A DNA stretch of 64,000 nt from an uncultured archaeon (GCA_963810275.1 CAWENF010000019.1:1-64000), one strand, 5' to 3'. Numbered from the stretch's first letter, positions 11,187 through 21,440 are shown. The notes: generated by a model not told the origin, from the sequence alone. Translations and numbers: made by a program.

Positions 11187-12509
11187 GTGCCCCCAGTCCT
11201 AAACCTAAAACCAGACGAAGTAGATTCAGAACAAAAACGCCAACGGTTCAGTGTCGCCGTCGTAGGATGCGGGCACAAAGGAATTTTTCTGGCTAATGTC
11301 TACGCAGACGCAGGATACAGTGTGGTATGCACTGATGCCAACGCTTCAGTGGTCAAGAAAGCTGCGAAGGGCAAAACCGCCTTTACCAATCAAATTGCCG
11401 AAGCTAAACTGAAAAGCCACATCACTTCCGAAAAAATCGAAGTTGTAGGTGACCTTAAAAAAGCCGCAGCGCAAAGCGACATAATATTAGTAGCTATAAC
11501 CGCAAGAATTGATGAGCAGAAAAAAACCGACTGTACCGCCCTGAAAAACACTTGCAAGCAGGTTGGAGCAGCACTACACGCGGGCGCACTTGTGATTTAC
11601 AGCGGCGTCGCAGGCTTAGGCTTCATGGATGGCACTTTTAGGGAACTGATGGAGAACACTTCAGGACTCAAAGCTGGCAAGGATTTCGGGTTAGCCTACT
11701 GCCCAGTAACGTCTACTGATACGCTAACAGCGAAGACGGAGTTAACTGTTTCAGCCACTGACCCAGATAGCTTGGAAGCCGCCGCCACATTGTTAAAAAC
11801 AGTGAGTTCTAACCTTCAGCTTGTTCAGGACTTTAAAACCGCAGAAGTCGCGGCTCTGTTCACCATCGCCAAACAGGAGGCAGAGACAGCGTTAAGCAAC
11901 GAGTTGGCAGTGTTCTGCGAGGGCACAGCCATCGATTACTTCAAGGTTATTGAAATTTTAAACCTCAACAAAGCAAGCTTCAAACCTACCATAGTCAAAG
12001 AGAGCAGTCACGAAGCCTATATTCTGTTGGAAAACGCAGAAAACCTAAACATCAAACTCAAACTTCCAACTTTGGCGCGGCAAATCAACCAGGACATCGT
12101 TAAGCACACAGTGAATTTGACGCAGAACGCTCTTCGAGGCTGCGGGAAAACATTAAGGAGAGGCAGAGTAGCAGTTTTAGGTTCATCTAACCCTGCTTCA
12201 GCAACTGGCACATATGTAAGGTTGATTGAGCAAAAAGGCGCTAAGGTCACGATTTACGACCCCGCTGCCAAAATAAGCACAACAGAGGAAAAGTCGGTTA
12301 AGACGGGGCTAAGCGACGCCGTGGAGGGCGCAGACTGCATAGTTTTGCTCTCCGAGCACCATCTCAGCCATATTACCTTGAGAAAGCTAAAGACACTGAT
12401 GAATTCGCCTCCCGTAATTGTGGATTTAGTGGGAAAATTCGAGCCGAGCGTTGTGGAGACAGAAGGGTTCATATACGCTGGGCTTGGAAGAGGAACTGAT
12501 GGGAAATGA
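11187..12509 (+). CDS. UDP-sugar 6-dehydrogenase family protein, degenerate active site
   Basis: Rossmann GCGHKG, SGLKAGKDFGLAY, C-terminal UDP-binding domain (YDP...AVEGADCIV); canonical GGxC not present. Confidence 0.75.
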   Translation: MPPVLNLKPDEVDSEQKRQRFSVAVVGCGHKGIFLANVYADAGYSVVCTDANASVVKKAAKGKTAFTNQIAEAKLKSHITSEKIEVVGDLKKAAAQSDIILVAITARIDEQKKTDCTALKNTCKQVGAALHAGALVIYSGVAGLGFMDGTFRELMENTSGLKAGKDFGLAYCPVTSTDTLTAKTELTVSATDPDSLEAAATLLKTVSSNLQLVQDFKTAEVAALFTIAKQEAETALSNELAVFCEGTAIDYFKVIEILNLNKASFKPTIVKESSHEAYILLENAENLNIKLKLPTLARQINQDIVKHTVNLTQNALRGCGKTLRRGRVAVLGSSNPASATGTYVRLIEQKGAKVTIYDPAAKISTTEEKSVKTGLSDAVEGADCIVLLSEHHLSHITLRKLKTLMNSPPVIVDLVGKFEPSVVETEGFIYAGLGRGTDGK

Positions 12510-13456
12510 GTAAACTGGGCGTTGCAGTTATCGGAACTGGGCAGTGGGGCAAAAACCACGCAAGAGTCTACAAAGAACTACAATCAACAGAGCTTATAGC
12601 GGTATGCGACGTAAACAAAGAGCGCGCTAAAGATATGGCCAAGCAGTACGGCGTCAAAGCCTACAACGACAGCACAGAAATGCTTAAAGACAAACAAATC
12701 CAAGCCGTTAACATCTGCACATGGTCCACCATCCTCTACCAAGAAGCCATAAAAGCATTAAACGCAGGCAGACACGTACTCGTCGAAAAACCCATGTCAA
12801 CAACACCAGACCAAGCACGCCAACTCGTCAAAACCGCAGAAGAAAACAACCTCCACCTAACCGTCGGCTTCCTGACGCGCTTCATCCCCGGCCTGCAACT
12901 CATACGCAGACACGTTGAAGACCAAAAAATCGGCGAACTCGTCTGCATCACCGCAAAACGTGTCTCCCAATGGCCCGAACGAATAGGCGACGTCGGAGTA
13001 GTAAAAGACACCGCCATACACGACATAGACGTAATGCGCTACATCTCCCAACAAGACCCAACCTCAGTCTACGCAAAAATGGGCAGCAAACGCATACAAA
13101 AATTCGAAGACTACGCCCAAATAATGCTAACATATAAAAACGGCGAAACAGCCTTTATCGAATCCAACTGGCTAACACCCTACAAAACCCGCAAACTAAT
13201 CGCCACAGGCACCCAAGCAATAATGCAACTAGACTACAACACACAAGACCTCACAATAGAAGAAAAAACCCAGACCATCCAACCACGCTTACCCTTCCAA
13301 GAACCTCTAAAAGCCGAACTACAACACTTCACAGACTGCATCAACAAAACAGCAAAACCTATAGTGACAGGCGAAGATGGTGTAAAAGCACTCGAAATCG
13401 CCACAGCAGCTTTAGAATCCTCCGCCAAAAATGTAGCTGTACAGTTAAAAAATTAA
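12506..13456 (+). CDS. Gfo/Idh/MocA oxidoreductase (UDP-sugar 3-dehydrogenase, WbpB/WlbA-like)
   Basis: GTGQWGKNHAR, HVLVEKP, GVVKDTAIHDID, SNWLTPYKTR, EPLKAEL. Confidence 0.88.
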   Translation: MSKLGVAVIGTGQWGKNHARVYKELQSTELIAVCDVNKERAKDMAKQYGVKAYNDSTEMLKDKQIQAVNICTWSTILYQEAIKALNAGRHVLVEKPMSTTPDQARQLVKTAEENNLHLTVGFLTRFIPGLQLIRRHVEDQKIGELVCITAKRVSQWPERIGDVGVVKDTAIHDIDVMRYISQQDPTSVYAKMGSKRIQKFEDYAQIMLTYKNGETAFIESNWLTPYKTRKLIATGTQAIMQLDYNTQDLTIEEKTQTIQPRLPFQEPLKAELQHFTDCINKTAKPIVTGEDGVKALEIATAALESSAKNVAVQLKN

Positions 13457-13458
13457 GT

Positions 13459-13728
13459 TTATTTTAGGCTGAAGGGTTTGCCTTCGAAAACTGCTTTCTG
13501 AGGCGCCTTTTCCTTGTATTTTTTTAGAAACGGCAGGTCTTCAGATTCTTTACGGAGCTCGTCAGGTAGCATTTCTGGGATTTCGTCACGGATGGGGTAC
13601 CAGCGGTTGCATTCTGGGCACACTATTAAGCCTTCTACGATTTCGTCTTTTTCTTCGAACACGTATAATTCAAGCGGGTGATGTTTATCAATTGGGCAGG
13701 CGAGGATTTCCATTAATTTACGTTTCAT
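13459..13728 (-). CDS. trm112: Trm112 family methyltransferase activator
   Basis: LMEILACP...CPECNRWYPIRDEIPEMLPD. Confidence 0.9.
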   Translation of the reverse strand: MKRKLMEILACPIDKHHPLELYVFEEKDEIVEGLIVCPECNRWYPIRDEIPEMLPDELRKESEDLPFLKKYKEKAPQKAVFEGKPFSLK

Positions 13729-13779
13729 TTAGTCCACAGATAGGATAGGTGGCTGTTTAGGCTATTAAAACTTGCTTGG

Positions 13780-14652
13780 TTAACTCCGAACGTTGATGTC
13801 TATTACGGTTTGGTACCAGCGGGGTCCTGTGCTCCGGACGACGCGACAGACCGCAAAACGGTATTTTACACCTAAACCTTCAAGGGCAGCAGATACTTTG
13901 CGCTTTGTTAATTCTTTTGGGTCTTCGTATCGATCAGCGTGAACGAAGTCGTGGTAATGTATCCAGCCGCCGCACTTCTTGAGCGCCGCCAACGCCGAAG
14001 GCAAGTACTCTAAGGCTTTTTCAGGCAATGGCATCAAAACACGGTCAGCTACGCCGATAAGATGTGTTGCGATGACAACTTTGGCGTCACCCAAAATTGC
14101 AGTTACCTTGTCAGCAACATTGTTGAGTTCAACGTTTTCAACCATGCAAGCGTACGCCTCTGGGTTGATGTCGATGGAGTAAACCTTGGTGGACGGCATC
14201 TTCTTAGCAATGATTACGCTAAAGCAACCCACTCCCGCAAACATGTTAACCACCACGTCGCTTGGCGACACCAAATCGGCAATGCGCAGCCGCTCGCAAC
14301 TTAACCTAGGCGAAAAATAGCATTTCTCCACATTCACCGAGAAGACACAGCCTGCCTCCCGGTACTTAGCGGTTGTTCTGTTTTCGCCTGCCAACACCTG
14401 TAGGGTACGGACGCGGTGCTTGCCTGTGATGGCACTTGTGGGGGAAAGCACTGTTTTAACACCTTTATGAATCTGCATTATTTGGCGGGCAATGGCATAG
14501 GCTACCTCTTGAGTTTCCGGGGCGATTTTAATGATAGCTATGTCACCGACTAAATCAAACGCGCTGTACACTTTTTGTAGCTGCTGGGCTGGGAGGGTGG
14601 CGGCGAGTTTGTTTTTGAGACGTCCTCTCAACTGCATATCCTCATTGTGCAA
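13780..14652 (-). CDS. Trm5/Taw2-family tRNA methyltransferase
   Basis: FDLVGDIAII, YFSPRLS.ER, NMFAGVG, DINP, DRVLMPLP. Confidence 0.85.
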   Translation of the reverse strand: MHNEDMQLRGRLKNKLAATLPAQQLQKVYSAFDLVGDIAIIKIAPETQEVAYAIARQIMQIHKGVKTVLSPTSAITGKHRVRTLQVLAGENRTTAKYREAGCVFSVNVEKCYFSPRLSCERLRIADLVSPSDVVVNMFAGVGCFSVIIAKKMPSTKVYSIDINPEAYACMVENVELNNVADKVTAILGDAKVVIATHLIGVADRVLMPLPEKALEYLPSALAALKKCGGWIHYHDFVHADRYEDPKELTKRKVSAALEGLGVKYRFAVCRVVRSTGPRWYQTVIDINVRS

Positions 14653-14710
14653 ATTGTTTGGAAATGTTTAAAAGTAAAATGCTTTTCTTTATGGGAACAG
14701 GCGTTTATCC

Positions 14711-14872
14711 ATGGAAAAGTCAGGAATCGTTTACGAATGCATGAGATGCGGCTCACGTGTACCCTCTGAAGAGTTAGATCTCCGAGGCGGAGAAACCAAA
14801 TGCATTATCTGCGGCTACCGCATCTTAAAGAAAGTTAAGCCGCCAGTAGTCAAAAGGGTTCAATCAAAATAA
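14711..14872 (+). CDS. rpo12: RNA polymerase subunit P (Rpo12); 53 aa, below the ORF-track cutoff
   Basis: Manual translation MEKSGIVYECMRCGSRV...KCIICGYRILKKVKPPVVKRVQSK. Confidence 0.92.
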   Translation: MEKSGIVYECMRCGSRVPSEELDLRGGETKCIICGYRILKKVKPPVVKRVQSK

Positions 14873-14885
14873 ATTTAGGAAAAAC

Positions 14886-14900
14886 TCGTGCCTTGCACGA
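14886..14900. terminator. Hairpin between convergent genes
   Basis: TCGTGC-ctt-GCACGA, with an A-run upstream and T-rich sequence downstream. Confidence 0.4.
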
Positions 14901-14925
14901 ACTCAATATTTTGTTTGTCTACCTA

Positions 14926-15219
14926 TTAAAAGTAGTCTTCGTCGCCAAGTTTCCGCAGCGCTTTACGTTTGAATTTAACAGGGTCATCTTTGTAGAAGTC
15001 ATCGTCTAAGTCGTGTTCATATGTTTTGCGTTTAACGGTTTCTCCGCATATAGAGCCGGGAAGCATGCGTCGTTTAAAACACATAGCGTAGGTGCATTTT
15101 GCGACATTACATGGTTCCTCGCCGTCTCTGCACCAAACTGAGTCGCGTCGGAAAATAGCTGCATTTTTAGCACATTTGAAGGAACGACATGTTGAAGAAC
15201 AAGGTTTTGGTTGAGCCAA
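14926..15219 (-). CDS. Cys-rich hypothetical protein
   Basis: TTG start after GAGGTG; 8 Cys in about 60 aa; acidic/basic tail. Confidence 0.7.
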   Translation of the reverse strand: MAQPKPCSSTCRSFKCAKNAAIFRRDSVWCRDGEEPCNVAKCTYAMCFKRRMLPGSICGETVKRKTYEHDLDDDFYKDDPVKFKRKALRKLGDEDYF

Positions 15220-15332
15220 CAGATACACCTCAATGTTGTCAAAATACACGTGTCTTTTTTAGTTGTCCTTATTTTTGTTATTGTCATGCAGATTCAATAT
15301 AAACTTTTTTCCACTAAAGGGAAAAAATTTGA

Positions 15333-17396
15333 TTAAAGCAAAGCTGCATTGTTGGTTTTTCGGTGGCATCTAATAGCCTCAATCAATACAAACAGAACAG
15401 CAATCACGATAACCACCAGAACCGCTGAGGAAGCTGCTGGCAAGAATTAGGGCGCCTCCAACAGAAATGTATTTTTCCATTTTTATATACAACAGTGGAA
15501 GGTTCATTAACATTAAAATTGATAGCTTGGGAGGCTTCTGATGTACCTTGGGCTTGAGCGGTGATTTGCATGTCCCACCGATGATATTGTCAAATGTTGC
15601 AATACCATTACTTTGGGTTGAGGCCTATGCATTGGCAGGTTCATTTAAAGCTACGGTGACGCCTGCAATAGGTGAGCCAAATAAGTCAATCACGGACACC
15701 TGGAGTTGAATACCATAGAGGGTACAGCGGATTTGTTTAAGGGTATTGTAAAAGACTTGGAGGTTTTCTTGGCTGATTAAGACATTATTTTTGTACACTC
15801 TAACGCGGTAGTTACCAAACGTAGCGTTTGTTTGGGCGTTTCCTGAAATGTCCGTCGTTGCATAGTAAAATAACCCGGTTGAGAGCTCAACGAGTTCAAT
15901 GCGGGCGCCAGGTATGGCGTTGTTGTCGTAGCCAGTTATAGAGAATATTACGTTTTCGCTGGGGCAGATGACGAACACATTGGTTGTGGGCAGTCATTTA
16001 AGCTGGTGGCAGTGTTGTTAAACTCGTTGAAAGGACGGTTGTATATAGATGCATCTATTTTGTAGGTTGCTCCCACAACGGTGGATGTGATAGTGAAGCT
16101 TCCTGAAGGGTCAGTTTGCCCTGTGAGGTTGCCGCTTTGGGAGATACTACCGCTTTGGTACTACTGGTATTTGATTGATAAATCCACAAAGGGCATGGGT
16201 GTGCCGTCGAAGGCTATAACGGTGATCTTCATGTCGGTTAGTTGACACTGCAAAGTAAAGGTTCCGTCACCAGTCACCGCTATGTTAATTGAACCTACAA
16301 CAACTTCATCTAAGTAGGCGCTTAAGTCGTAGTCCCCTCTATCCATTTTAAAAGCTGCAAAACCAGAAGGATCAGCGACTGCAGCTTCGTGAGGTTTGGG
16401 TTTGGGCGTCGGTTGCTTTAACGGAGATGCCCGAGACGCCTTTACCTGAGAGGTTAGTGACTTCCACTTTCACGTTGTACCCTACTATTGCGAAGGTTTG
16501 TTGGTCGGCAAGCGACTTTATGGTACCGCCGGTTGTTGATATTTTAAGGGTTAATTCGCCTATCTGGTCGTCATTGGGGGCTACCCAGATTGTGCTGATT
16601 GCTCCGTTTTCATCACCGTAAGCTGTTTTTGTGTCAACGACTGTTGAGCCGCTGGTAACGGTTATGGTGGCTCCCTGATTAGCTTGGTACCCAACAGCGT
16701 TGATATTCACGGTTTCTCCGCGGTGATAAGAGGATGAATCTAAAATGTTAACTGTGAATTGCCCTGTTGCTAAGGATTTGTTGAAGGCTAACTCGTAAGT
16801 CCCACAGTAATCTGTCAAGCTGTCGGGGAAGCCGCTTGGGAAAGATGAAGATGAGCTCGCGGTTCCGCCCACTTTGGGCTTTCCTAAACTTATTTGGGTG
16901 CTGTAGAAGTAACCCCCAGGTTTAGTCACCGAGATGCTAGCGCCGTAGGTTGTGCCAAGTTGACCGCCTGTAATAGCCGCAGTAATAGAAGCGCTTTCGC
17001 CTTCCTGAATTATTTCGGGGGTAGCGCTGATTTGGTAACTTATTTCGAATGTGAACTTGTTGGAGTCGTTAACCGTTGATGTTTACGTCGCTCAATATCA
17101 TAACGTAAGTGGCGCTAGGCAGTTCGGGCACGGTAAAGTTAGTGTCAACATAGTATCCTTCTGATTTTCCGGAGGCGACTATGGTTCTGCCGATTATCAG
17201 CTGGTAAGTGCCGTTTTGGTATAGATTGTTCCATGAACATTTCCAGTTGTCCCCGAAGACGCGCTTTGGCTGCTCGGGGTTACCTGTAGTATGCTGACAC
17301 TCTTGGCACCGCCCTGTGCATTCGTCTCCAATGGAGCCAAAAAAACCGCAAATAGAATCAGAAGGAAAATGGATATACCAGCGTTTTGTAATTCAC
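15333..17396 (-). pseudogene. Secreted, C-terminally anchored beta-sandwich repeat (carboxypeptidase-regulatory-like) surface protein, broken by several frameshifts
   Basis: Signal peptide near 17390-17330, ORF fragments 16372-16929, 16161-16346 and 15625-15978 with Thr/Gly-rich strands, hydrophobic anchor VLVVIVIAVLFVLIEAI near 15430-15370. Confidence 0.7.
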
Positions 17397-17549
17397 GTTA
17401 AGTGCGCTCCAACTTAAATTGCCATTGAATATAGCATGATGTTTTAACCTGAATGTGGAGTTTAAACTTTATCCCAAAAACATTACTTCGCTGGGGGGAT
17501 TCTTAAAAGACAGAGTTTCTTTATCACTAAGAAAATAGGTGTATTCACT

Positions 17550-18521
17550 TTGGCTGAACCTGCATATTCTTCACTTCAGGCCTCCCTAAAAAAACAGAAA
17601 TACCATCTAGTGGGAGCGCACTCCGCTGTGAAGAGGTGCAAGTGGCTCTACGAAGCCCTAGTTAACAACCGACCTTGCTATAAACAGAAATTCTACGGCA
17701 TTCAAAGTCACAGGTGCATCCAGATGACCCCGTCGCTGTATTACTGTACGCAGGAGTGCCTGTTCTGCTGGCGGGCGCAAAGCGGCGATGTGGAGCAGGG
17801 TCATTGGGATGAAATGTGCAACCCTAGCAAAGACACCCCAGAGGAAATCGTGGAGGGCTGCTTCAAAGCGCAAGACAAAATCATATCCGGCTATAAAGGT
17901 AATGAGAAGACGGATTGGCGCAAGCTTCAGGAGGCACATCGCCCCAGTCAAGTCGCCATCAGCTTAACAGGCGAACCTACGCTTTATGAACCGCTGGGTG
18001 AGCTAATCGGCGAATTCGAAAACAGGGGCTTAACTGTGTTTTTGGTGACCAATGGCACCTTACCCATGAAGCTCAGCAAAATCAGCCATGAGCCCAGCCA
18101 ACTCTATGTATCAGTGTGCGCCCCAAACGAGAAAACATACAACGAAGTCTGTCGGCCTCTATTCCCCAAAGCATGGGAAAAATTAAACGAGTCGCTGGAA
18201 ATAGTGAAAAGCTTCAGCTGCCCCACGGCGTTGCGTATTACCATGGTTAAAGACCACAACATGCAAACCGTCGAAGGCTACGCTAAACTCGTCGAAAAAG
18301 CCCAACCAACTTACATAGAAGCAAAAGCGTACATGCACATCGGCTTCTCTAATTTGAGGTTAAGCTTTGACTGTATGCCCATGCATAGTGAGGTCAGGGA
18401 GTTCGCTGACCTATTGGCAGATGCGACGGGATATAAGGTTTTGAATGAGGCGCCTGAGAGCCGGGTGGTGCTTTTAAGCAAGCTGGATAAGCCAATTAAG
18501 TTAGGCAGTACCAAAAACTGA
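17550..18521 (+). CDS. taw1: 4-demethylwyosine synthase TYW1 (radical SAM)
   Basis: HSAVKRCKW, CYKQKFYGIQSHRCIQMTP, CTQECLFCWR, AISLTGEP, EAKAYMHIG. Confidence 0.95.
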   Translation: MAEPAYSSLQASLKKQKYHLVGAHSAVKRCKWLYEALVNNRPCYKQKFYGIQSHRCIQMTPSLYYCTQECLFCWRAQSGDVEQGHWDEMCNPSKDTPEEIVEGCFKAQDKIISGYKGNEKTDWRKLQEAHRPSQVAISLTGEPTLYEPLGELIGEFENRGLTVFLVTNGTLPMKLSKISHEPSQLYVSVCAPNEKTYNEVCRPLFPKAWEKLNESLEIVKSFSCPTALRITMVKDHNMQTVEGYAKLVEKAQPTYIEAKAYMHIGFSNLRLSFDCMPMHSEVREFADLLADATGYKVLNEAPESRVVLLSKLDKPIKLGSTKN

Positions 18522-18640
18522 AATAAGTTGCGTAAAACGCAAAAACCCATCAGCCAAATCGTGGTTTATTTGGATAAATTTAAATAGCTAATTTCCGCCC
18601 TTAATGTTTTTAATAACAGTCAATCAAGCGGTATATAGAA

Positions 18641-18823
18641 ATGGTTAGCGAAGGGAAAGGAAGATTATTTCGCAGAAAAGACGGTAAATACCTTGTCTAT
18701 TTGCCTAAAGACCTCGCAGAAGACAGCATGTTCCCCTTTAAAGTCAGCGACACAGTTTTTGTTAAAGTCAGCTTCTCACTGGGCGACAGCAAACTTTTGA
18801 TTGAAAAATGGAAAGAAAACTAA
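18641..18823 (+). CDS. Small AbrB/swapped-hairpin-like protein
   Basis: GRLFRRKDGKYLVYLPKDLAEDSMFPFK pattern; own AT-rich promoter region. Confidence 0.65.
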   Translation: MVSEGKGRLFRRKDGKYLVYLPKDLAEDSMFPFKVSDTVFVKVSFSLGDSKLLIEKWKEN

Positions 18824-18871
18824 ACCGCTAGTTTAAGAAACTGAAATAAATCCGCCAATGCATTCTAGTAG

Positions 18872-19534
18872 TTGGTGCAAGTGTTGCCTCAACTCGAAGA
18901 CGTTATCCAGCAAATCAAAAAAGAGTTAATGGAAAAAAACAAAACCCGCGAAGAAACCCATGAAGCCACACGCAAAGCAACTAGTCTCGCCAAACAGTCA
19001 ATCCTGCTTCTCCACCAAAAGCGACTCAGCGACTCCACAAAGATGCTGGCTGAAGCAAAAGCAATCATAACTAAACTGAAAGCTCAAGCAGACCAAAACC
19101 TTGGCGGCATGTTCAGTGCGGCGCTGCAAGAGTACACTGAAGCCAACATCCTCTTGACGTTGGTTAAGGAGGGGCGGTTTGTAACGCCAGAGGAAATCAG
19201 CGTGCCTTCGGTAGAGTATGTGTTGGGGTTAGCTGACGTGATTGGTGAGTTGCGCCGGTTGGCATTGGACTACTTGCGGGAGGATAAAGTGGAGGAAGGC
19301 AGTGAATGCTTGGATTTGATGGATCAAATCTTCATTCAGCTATTGGCTTTGGACGAGGCGTACATGTTGGTTTCGGGGTTGCGGCATAAATCCGATACTT
19401 CAAGACGCATAATCGAAGCCACTCGAGGTGACATTACTCTAGAAGTTCGGCGTAAAGCTCTTGAAGACCAATTAATAAAATGTGAAGCGGCACAGTCGAA
19501 AGCTAAACGCAAGAAAATGAAGGAAAAAAATTAG
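18872..19534 (+). CDS. Translin/TRAX (C3PO-like) family protein
   Basis: ALQEYTEA and YVLGLADVIGELRR acidic motifs; LRHKSD..R; all-helical. Confidence 0.88.
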   Translation: MVQVLPQLEDVIQQIKKELMEKNKTREETHEATRKATSLAKQSILLLHQKRLSDSTKMLAEAKAIITKLKAQADQNLGGMFSAALQEYTEANILLTLVKEGRFVTPEEISVPSVEYVLGLADVIGELRRLALDYLREDKVEEGSECLDLMDQIFIQLLALDEAYMLVSGLRHKSDTSRRIIEATRGDITLEVRRKALEDQLIKCEAAQSKAKRKKMKEKN

Positions 19535-20195
19535 TGCGCAACCGTCCTACGCATTTTCTGTTAAAAAAGACCATCAAGCCCATGATAGCCTATCGAAACT
19601 GGTTGTGCACGAAGACCGATTGCCAAAAAAGTCAGGACTGTGGCAGGGGTTGATGCCCATTATGTGGGCGACTTGGGTATCGGCTCAGCGGTGGTTGGTG
19701 ATTATGTTTCCTTGGAAATTTTAGAAAATTCAATTTGCTGTATCCCAAATGCGAATGCCGTATGTACCGACTTTGTTGTCGTTTAGGGAACTTCCACCCA
19801 CAATGGCTGCCAAAAAGCGACTCAAAGTGCAGCCGAATGTATTTTTGATTGATGCTCAGGGCTTGGCTAATCCGTACCGCTGTGGCTTTGCCAGTCATCT
19901 CTGGTTGGCGTTGGGGAAGCCCTACGGTTGGAGCTGCCAAAAGCAAGCTGACGGGGAGCATCAAGAGGTAGATGGTGGAACTCTATTGTTAGATAAGGGT
20001 GAAGTCATCGGAGAAGAATTTGCCAACTGAGAAGGCATCAAACGTGTCTATGTGAGAGTCTGACATAATAGTAAGCTTGAAAACCTATGTAAAAATTGTG
20101 CAGCAACTGAGCAGAACCTGTATACCAGAACCCCTACGGCAAGCCCACAAACTCGCCCTACAGAATCGCATTGAACTGCTTGCATAGGTAAAGTA
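19534..20195 (+). pseudogene. nfi: Endonuclease V, multiple frameshifts and substitutions
   Basis: Fragments TVAGVDAHY, PYVPTLLSFRELP, FLIDAQGLANPYRCGFASHL, and frame-shifted PTVGAAKSKL. Confidence 0.85.
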
Positions 20196-20239
20196 AATAT
20201 CCCAAAACAAGATAATATGCGCCTTGAGCGTGAAATTGC

Positions 20240-20600
20240 ATGGCTAAAGAAACAAAACCGCAAGAAGCCCAAGAAGAAATAACCTTTGACTACTTCATGA
20301 AAGTCGACCTCAGGGTGGGCAAAATCTTCGAGGTAGAACCAGTAGCCTGAATCTAAGAAGTTGCTCAAGATACAGGTTGACTTCGGGGAGGAGAAGCTCC
20401 AATGCATCGCTGGCTTATCCAAGTATTATAAGCCTGAAGAGTTGGTAGGTAAAAAATGCGTGTTTCTCCTTAACCTGAAACGACGCAAATTAGCGGGGCT
20501 CGAGTCGCAGGCTATGATTTTGGCAGCAGAAGACGATGCGGGAACGGTTTCGGTTTTACAGCCAGAAAAGGATCTATGGGAAGGAAGCAAAATAGGCTAA
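20240..20600 (+). CDS. tRNA-binding OB-fold protein (Trbp111/CsaA/MetRS C-terminal type); +1 indel near 20346
   Basis: ITFDYFMKVDLRVGKIFEVEPV / PESKKLLKIQVDFG...NLKRRKLAGLESQAMILAA. Confidence 0.85.
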
Positions 20601-20765
20601 AACCAAACAAGCAATTTATCAAACAACAGGTGAACACTCACAAAGAGATAATCTGTTACATCTAAATATGTCCACATTTACTTATTCGCCAAAACAGCGC
20701 AGTGATACTTAAGAGCAAAGCGGTCTCAAGTATATTTTGAGGTGATCAGTCTATCTTAGGTGTTT

Positions 20766-21440
20766 ATGGTGGCTGGGCAAAAACTTGTAATAATGGATGA
20801 TGGTAAACAACCGAAAATAGCATATGAATATTTTACTTGCGATTCAGACTTTGAGGTGACAGCGTTATAGGTAGGGGAAAAGTACCTGAAAAAGCAGACG
20901 CTGTTTGGTTTGCCCGTAGTTCCGTCTGAAATAGTCGAAAACATTACAGTCCAGAAGAGTACCTTTCTTTGTAGCAGTATCATTCACGAAGATTAATCGG
21001 GTAAGAACAGCGGCTATGCAAGCAAGCAAAAGGATTACTACTATGTCTCGTATGTTAGCTCAAAAGTATTAGTTTGAGGAAACGTTGATATCGGAGAAAA
21101 ATGCTTCATTTTTGAAAACAATACCGTGCAGTTCAAGGTGAAGGAGGGACAACGCGGTTTTGTGGTATTGAAACCATATTGGGCACCGTACCAAGATAGG
21201 CGACAACTGCTTTTATCTCGTCGCCCAAGTGACGATTTCAGGGTTCTGAGAAGTAGAAGATAATTGTTTTCATAGGCGTTAATGCTTGTTTAGCTGAAGC
21301 AGTGAAAGTGAAAGTCTCTATGGTTGAGTTGTTTGTGCGGGGGCGGTGGTTTTGAATGATACTTTTGAGGGGACTGGTTTATGTTGGGAACACTGGCTAA
21401 GGTGTTGCCCCAGAGAACAAGTTTTGATTAATTTAGAGCT
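20766..21440 (+). pseudogene. Sugar O/N-acetyltransferase (PglD/NeuD-like) remnant
   Basis: KLVIMDDG..KIAYEYFTCDSDFEVTAL*VGEKYLKKQTLFGLPVVP..., IGEKCFIFENNTVQ, HIGHRTKIGDNCF; internal stops and shifts. Confidence 0.75.

Noticed and set aside
20340-20352. TGA inside the tRNA-binding gene (also TAA in the Rieske gene and TAG in the surface protein) as possible Sec/Pyl readthrough
   Set aside because: In each case the protein continues in a different frame, so these are indels and not in-frame stops
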